A stretch of DNA of 27,130 bases from a virus. Its lineage: Duplodnaviria > Caudoviricetes. The position numbers were made by a program, and so were the translations under genes. Shown here piece after piece: positions 24,932 to 27,130 of the stretch. Where the stretch lies: positions 1-27,130 of IMG/VR virus record IMGVR_UViG_3300005512_000274. The stretch is one strand, 5' to 3'. Each line of letters opens with the position of its first letter. Position 1 is the stretch's first letter. The notes beneath the pieces are model-generated. The model ran no database searches, was not told the origin of the DNA, and saw only the letters and a list, made by a program, of their open reading frames with translations.

Positions 24932-26799
24932 TATGCTGCTCTCCGTAAGCTACATGTTCTAATGTTTAGTGTTCTTGTTTCGGCACTAACAGTTATTGTT
25001 CTAGTTTCTGCTTGAATACTTAATGTTCTACATGGGTCTGGAGCTTCAGAAAACCCAACAACTGCTATAGCAGTTAATGCTGTCCACTCAGCAGCACCAA
25101 CCATCATTAAGCGCGGTGTGATATCAGCGGCAAATTCTGCGCTTGCTGATACATCAGCTCCAACTGTTAAATCTACTAGTGTAGACTGCGCAGTTTCAGC
25201 AGCAAATTCTGCGGCAGCACTTAATAAAATGCCTGCGTTAACAATTTTATTGAATGCTGTATTTAACTGAATAGGTGAACCATACTTAACAAGTAAGTCA
25301 ATTTCAGTGGTAAATTCTGCCATCACATCAAGTTCGGCATTAATTACAAGTCCTAAATCGGACACCATGGTAAATTCTGCTGCTGCTTCAACTATGCCAA
25401 CATGCTCAACTGTTGTATCAACAGAAAGTGTGGTTGTAGCACTAACATCAATATCGCCTAGGCGACTCCCATTAATTGCTGCTGAAAATTCACTGGCACT
25501 GGTTAAATCAAGTTCTGCTGCACACAATACTTGTGTGTCAACTGTTATCGCAAACACCGTGTTGATGTCTGTGTCGGCTGGAATAACACCATTTAACGAT
25601 ACATGACTTTCAAAATTGGAAGCAACATCAATTGTGCCTGTGCGACCTACTGTGCTGTCTGTGCTTGTTGTAAACTCAGCACTCACAGATAGTTCTGCTA
25701 GGTGTAATTCAACTAAGTCGCTTTCAGCAGTCTGGGTAAATGTGCCAGGTAAATTAAATGTGTTCTGCCAAATTAACCATTCATCCCATGTTGGGTGTGT
25801 AAACCAATTAAATGGATATACCAATCTAATGATGTTGCCAGCAGCGGTAGTCTGAGCAAATTCAGCATCCACAATTACTGTGGCACCTAGGGTTAATTGT
25901 TCTTGGACTGTTGTTTCTGTGCTGGCAGACAGGGCTAACTCGTCACTGACTAGATTTATGGCTGAGATATTAGCGGTAAATGCTGCTGTTAACTCGCTTG
26001 CTGCTTTAACATTGTAGATGTCATCATCAAAGTTGCCATCAAAGTGTAATAGTAATATGTCTGAAATTAAGCTAGGTTCAAAAGGTGTAGTTGATGGCGT
26101 AAAGTTACTGGTATACACAGCACCATTGCGGATACGAAACTCATCAAAATTACCGTGATAGTCTAAACCAATCTTTACATTAGTATCAAACGCATAAGGA
26201 GCAGCATTTGGATATTGATCATATAGACTTGATGGCGAGTATTCAATGCCTTCGTTAACAGGAATATAACTTAATGATGAATTACCACTGTATTGTGCAG
26301 TAGTAACTTCATTACCATCAATGTATAGTCTAATCTGATTGTTATTACGAACAACAGCAATGTGTATCCATTGTTCAGTGGGAATTTCCCAGTGATAGTA
26401 TAACCGATGATCGGCCTCACTATCAACTTCTTTAAATCCAACTTGCAAAACAGGATCTGGAGTAAAGAGACTGCCCTGATCATTATTATATCCAATCCAA
26501 AAGTCTGGGTCGTCACTGCTAAAATTGACGCCGTCCTGACTTTCTACTATAGTAGATGGATCTCCGTTAATCTCAACGAAGGTCTTTGGCGCAAACATTT
26601 CCCATGTTGCCCAAGCAGAGTCAAAGTAGAACCAACCTTCAATGGTAAAGTTATTGGATAGTGTTATGTCTTCACCGGGAATTTTAATGTTTAGATAAGC
26701 ATTATTACCAATGCTGCGTGCTGAACAATTACCAACTCGATAATTGTCGTAATCTAAAATTACTGTAGCATCGCCTGTTCCGTTGAATACAACTGCCAT
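24931..26799 (-). CDS. LamG/concanavalin A-like domain protein with repetitive C-terminal shaft
   Basis: NFTIEGWFY, WIHIAVVR...LYIDG, GNFDEFRI..GAVYTSNFTP, LLLHFDG; then ~20-aa AEF repeats. Confidence 0.8.
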   Translation of the reverse strand: MAVVFNGTGDATVILDYDNYRVGNCSARSIGNNAYLNIKIPGEDITLSNNFTIEGWFYFDSAWATWEMFAPKTFVEINGDPSTIVESQDGVNFSSDDPDFWIGYNNDQGSLFTPDPVLQVGFKEVDSEADHRLYYHWEIPTEQWIHIAVVRNNNQIRLYIDGNEVTTAQYSGNSSLSYIPVNEGIEYSPSSLYDQYPNAAPYAFDTNVKIGLDYHGNFDEFRIRNGAVYTSNFTPSTTPFEPSLISDILLLHFDGNFDDDIYNVKAASELTAAFTANISAINLVSDELALSASTETTVQEQLTLGATVIVDAEFAQTTAAGNIIRLVYPFNWFTHPTWDEWLIWQNTFNLPGTFTQTAESDLVELHLAELSVSAEFTTSTDSTVGRTGTIDVASNFESHVSLNGVIPADTDINTVFAITVDTQVLCAAELDLTSASEFSAAINGSRLGDIDVSATTTLSVDTTVEHVGIVEAAAEFTMVSDLGLVINAELDVMAEFTTEIDLLVKYGSPIQLNTAFNKIVNAGILLSAAAEFAAETAQSTLVDLTVGADVSASAEFAADITPRLMMVGAAEWTALTAIAVVGFSEAPDPCRTLSIQAETRTITVSAETRTLNIRTCSLRRAA

Positions 26800-26808
26800 T
26801 TCTTATCC

Positions 26809-27130
26809 TTATTCCAATGTTACAATCACAGTTCGTTGTCTGTGGAAATATGGTGTTACTACACTTTCAAAATCAACTGTAACTGCCAGTGATATTGGCT
26901 GTATCACTGTTGCACCAATTGATGTAGTAAATGATGCTGTAATTGCTGTGTCAGCAGATGTTGTAATCGCAGCCGCAATACCTGTGCTGAATTGTGCTGT
27001 GCTGACAATATCACCTGCTAAATTACCAGTGATGGTGCCAGTAAATTCACTTGCGCCAGTTAAATCAACTGTGCCACCTACAGTTAATTGTTCTGTTGCT
27101 GAGAATTCAGTTTCGGCGGTAACCATCGTG
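26809..27130 (-). CDS. 3' part of the junction-spanning 315-aa repetitive protein (starts at 749)
   Basis: Frame continuous with 1-749 through the 123-bp overlap. Confidence 0.85.
   Translation of the reverse strand, partial: TMVTAETEFSATEQLTVGGTVDLTGASEFTGTITGNLAGDIVSTAQFSTGIAAAITTSADTAITASFTTSIGATVIQPISLAVTVDFESVVTPYFHRQRTVIVTLE
27008..27130. repeat. Terminal direct repeat, right copy
   Basis: Identical to 1-123. Confidence 0.97.

Noticed and set aside
6130-25265. Other minus-strand TAAATA hexamers at 6130, 11604, 13843 and 25260
   Set aside because: Deep in coding sequence or antisense, lacking the +5/+6 Y-R step; expected by chance in AT-rich DNA
22-26661. Numerous plus-strand and nested ORFs in the track (e.g. 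22..375, 7645..8019, 20768..21058, 25307..25606)
   Set aside because: Antisense or alternate-frame shadows of well-supported minus-strand genes, without RBS
27008-27130. 123-bp repeat as a biological terminal repeat or att site
   Set aside because: It lies mid-gene and the frame continues across it; best explained as assembler overlap of a circular or permuted genome
1-27130. Alternative genetic code, tRNA genes or introns
   Set aside because: Genes tile densely under code 11 with all three stops used; core genes are uninterrupted; no cloverleaf seen

Overview
This window is a complete, circularly closed genome of a small tailed (siphovirus-type) bacteriophage. Bases 1-123 repeat exactly at 27008-27130, giving a 27,007-bp unit, and one ORF runs in frame across the junction. 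Almost all genes are on the minus strand. The modules are: (i) a replication operon with a GIY-YIG nuclease, AEP/PriCT-2 primase, SF3 helicase and an ATGTTAC iteron origin; (ii) a probable TerS and a glycosyltransferase-like gene; (iii) an ~8-kb fibre/adhesin cassette lying between TerS and TerL; (iv) TerL, portal, scaffold, small major capsid protein, neck, tail tube, -1 frameshifted chaperone, tape measure and tail tip. The most striking signal is regulatory. Nearly every transcription unit, including two tandem structured small RNAs at 11159-11472, begins with a TAAATA box (one perfect TATAAATA), usually followed by a pyrimidine-purine start step 5-6 nt downstream. This is the geometry of T4-type gp55 late promoters. 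The closed genome encodes no recognisable sigma factor, sliding clamp, DNA polymerase, lysis or integrase gene. My inference is a virion-autonomous but transcription- and lysis-dependent satellite phage that switches on in cells infected by a T4-like helper. All calls are from motif reading by eye; no searches were run.
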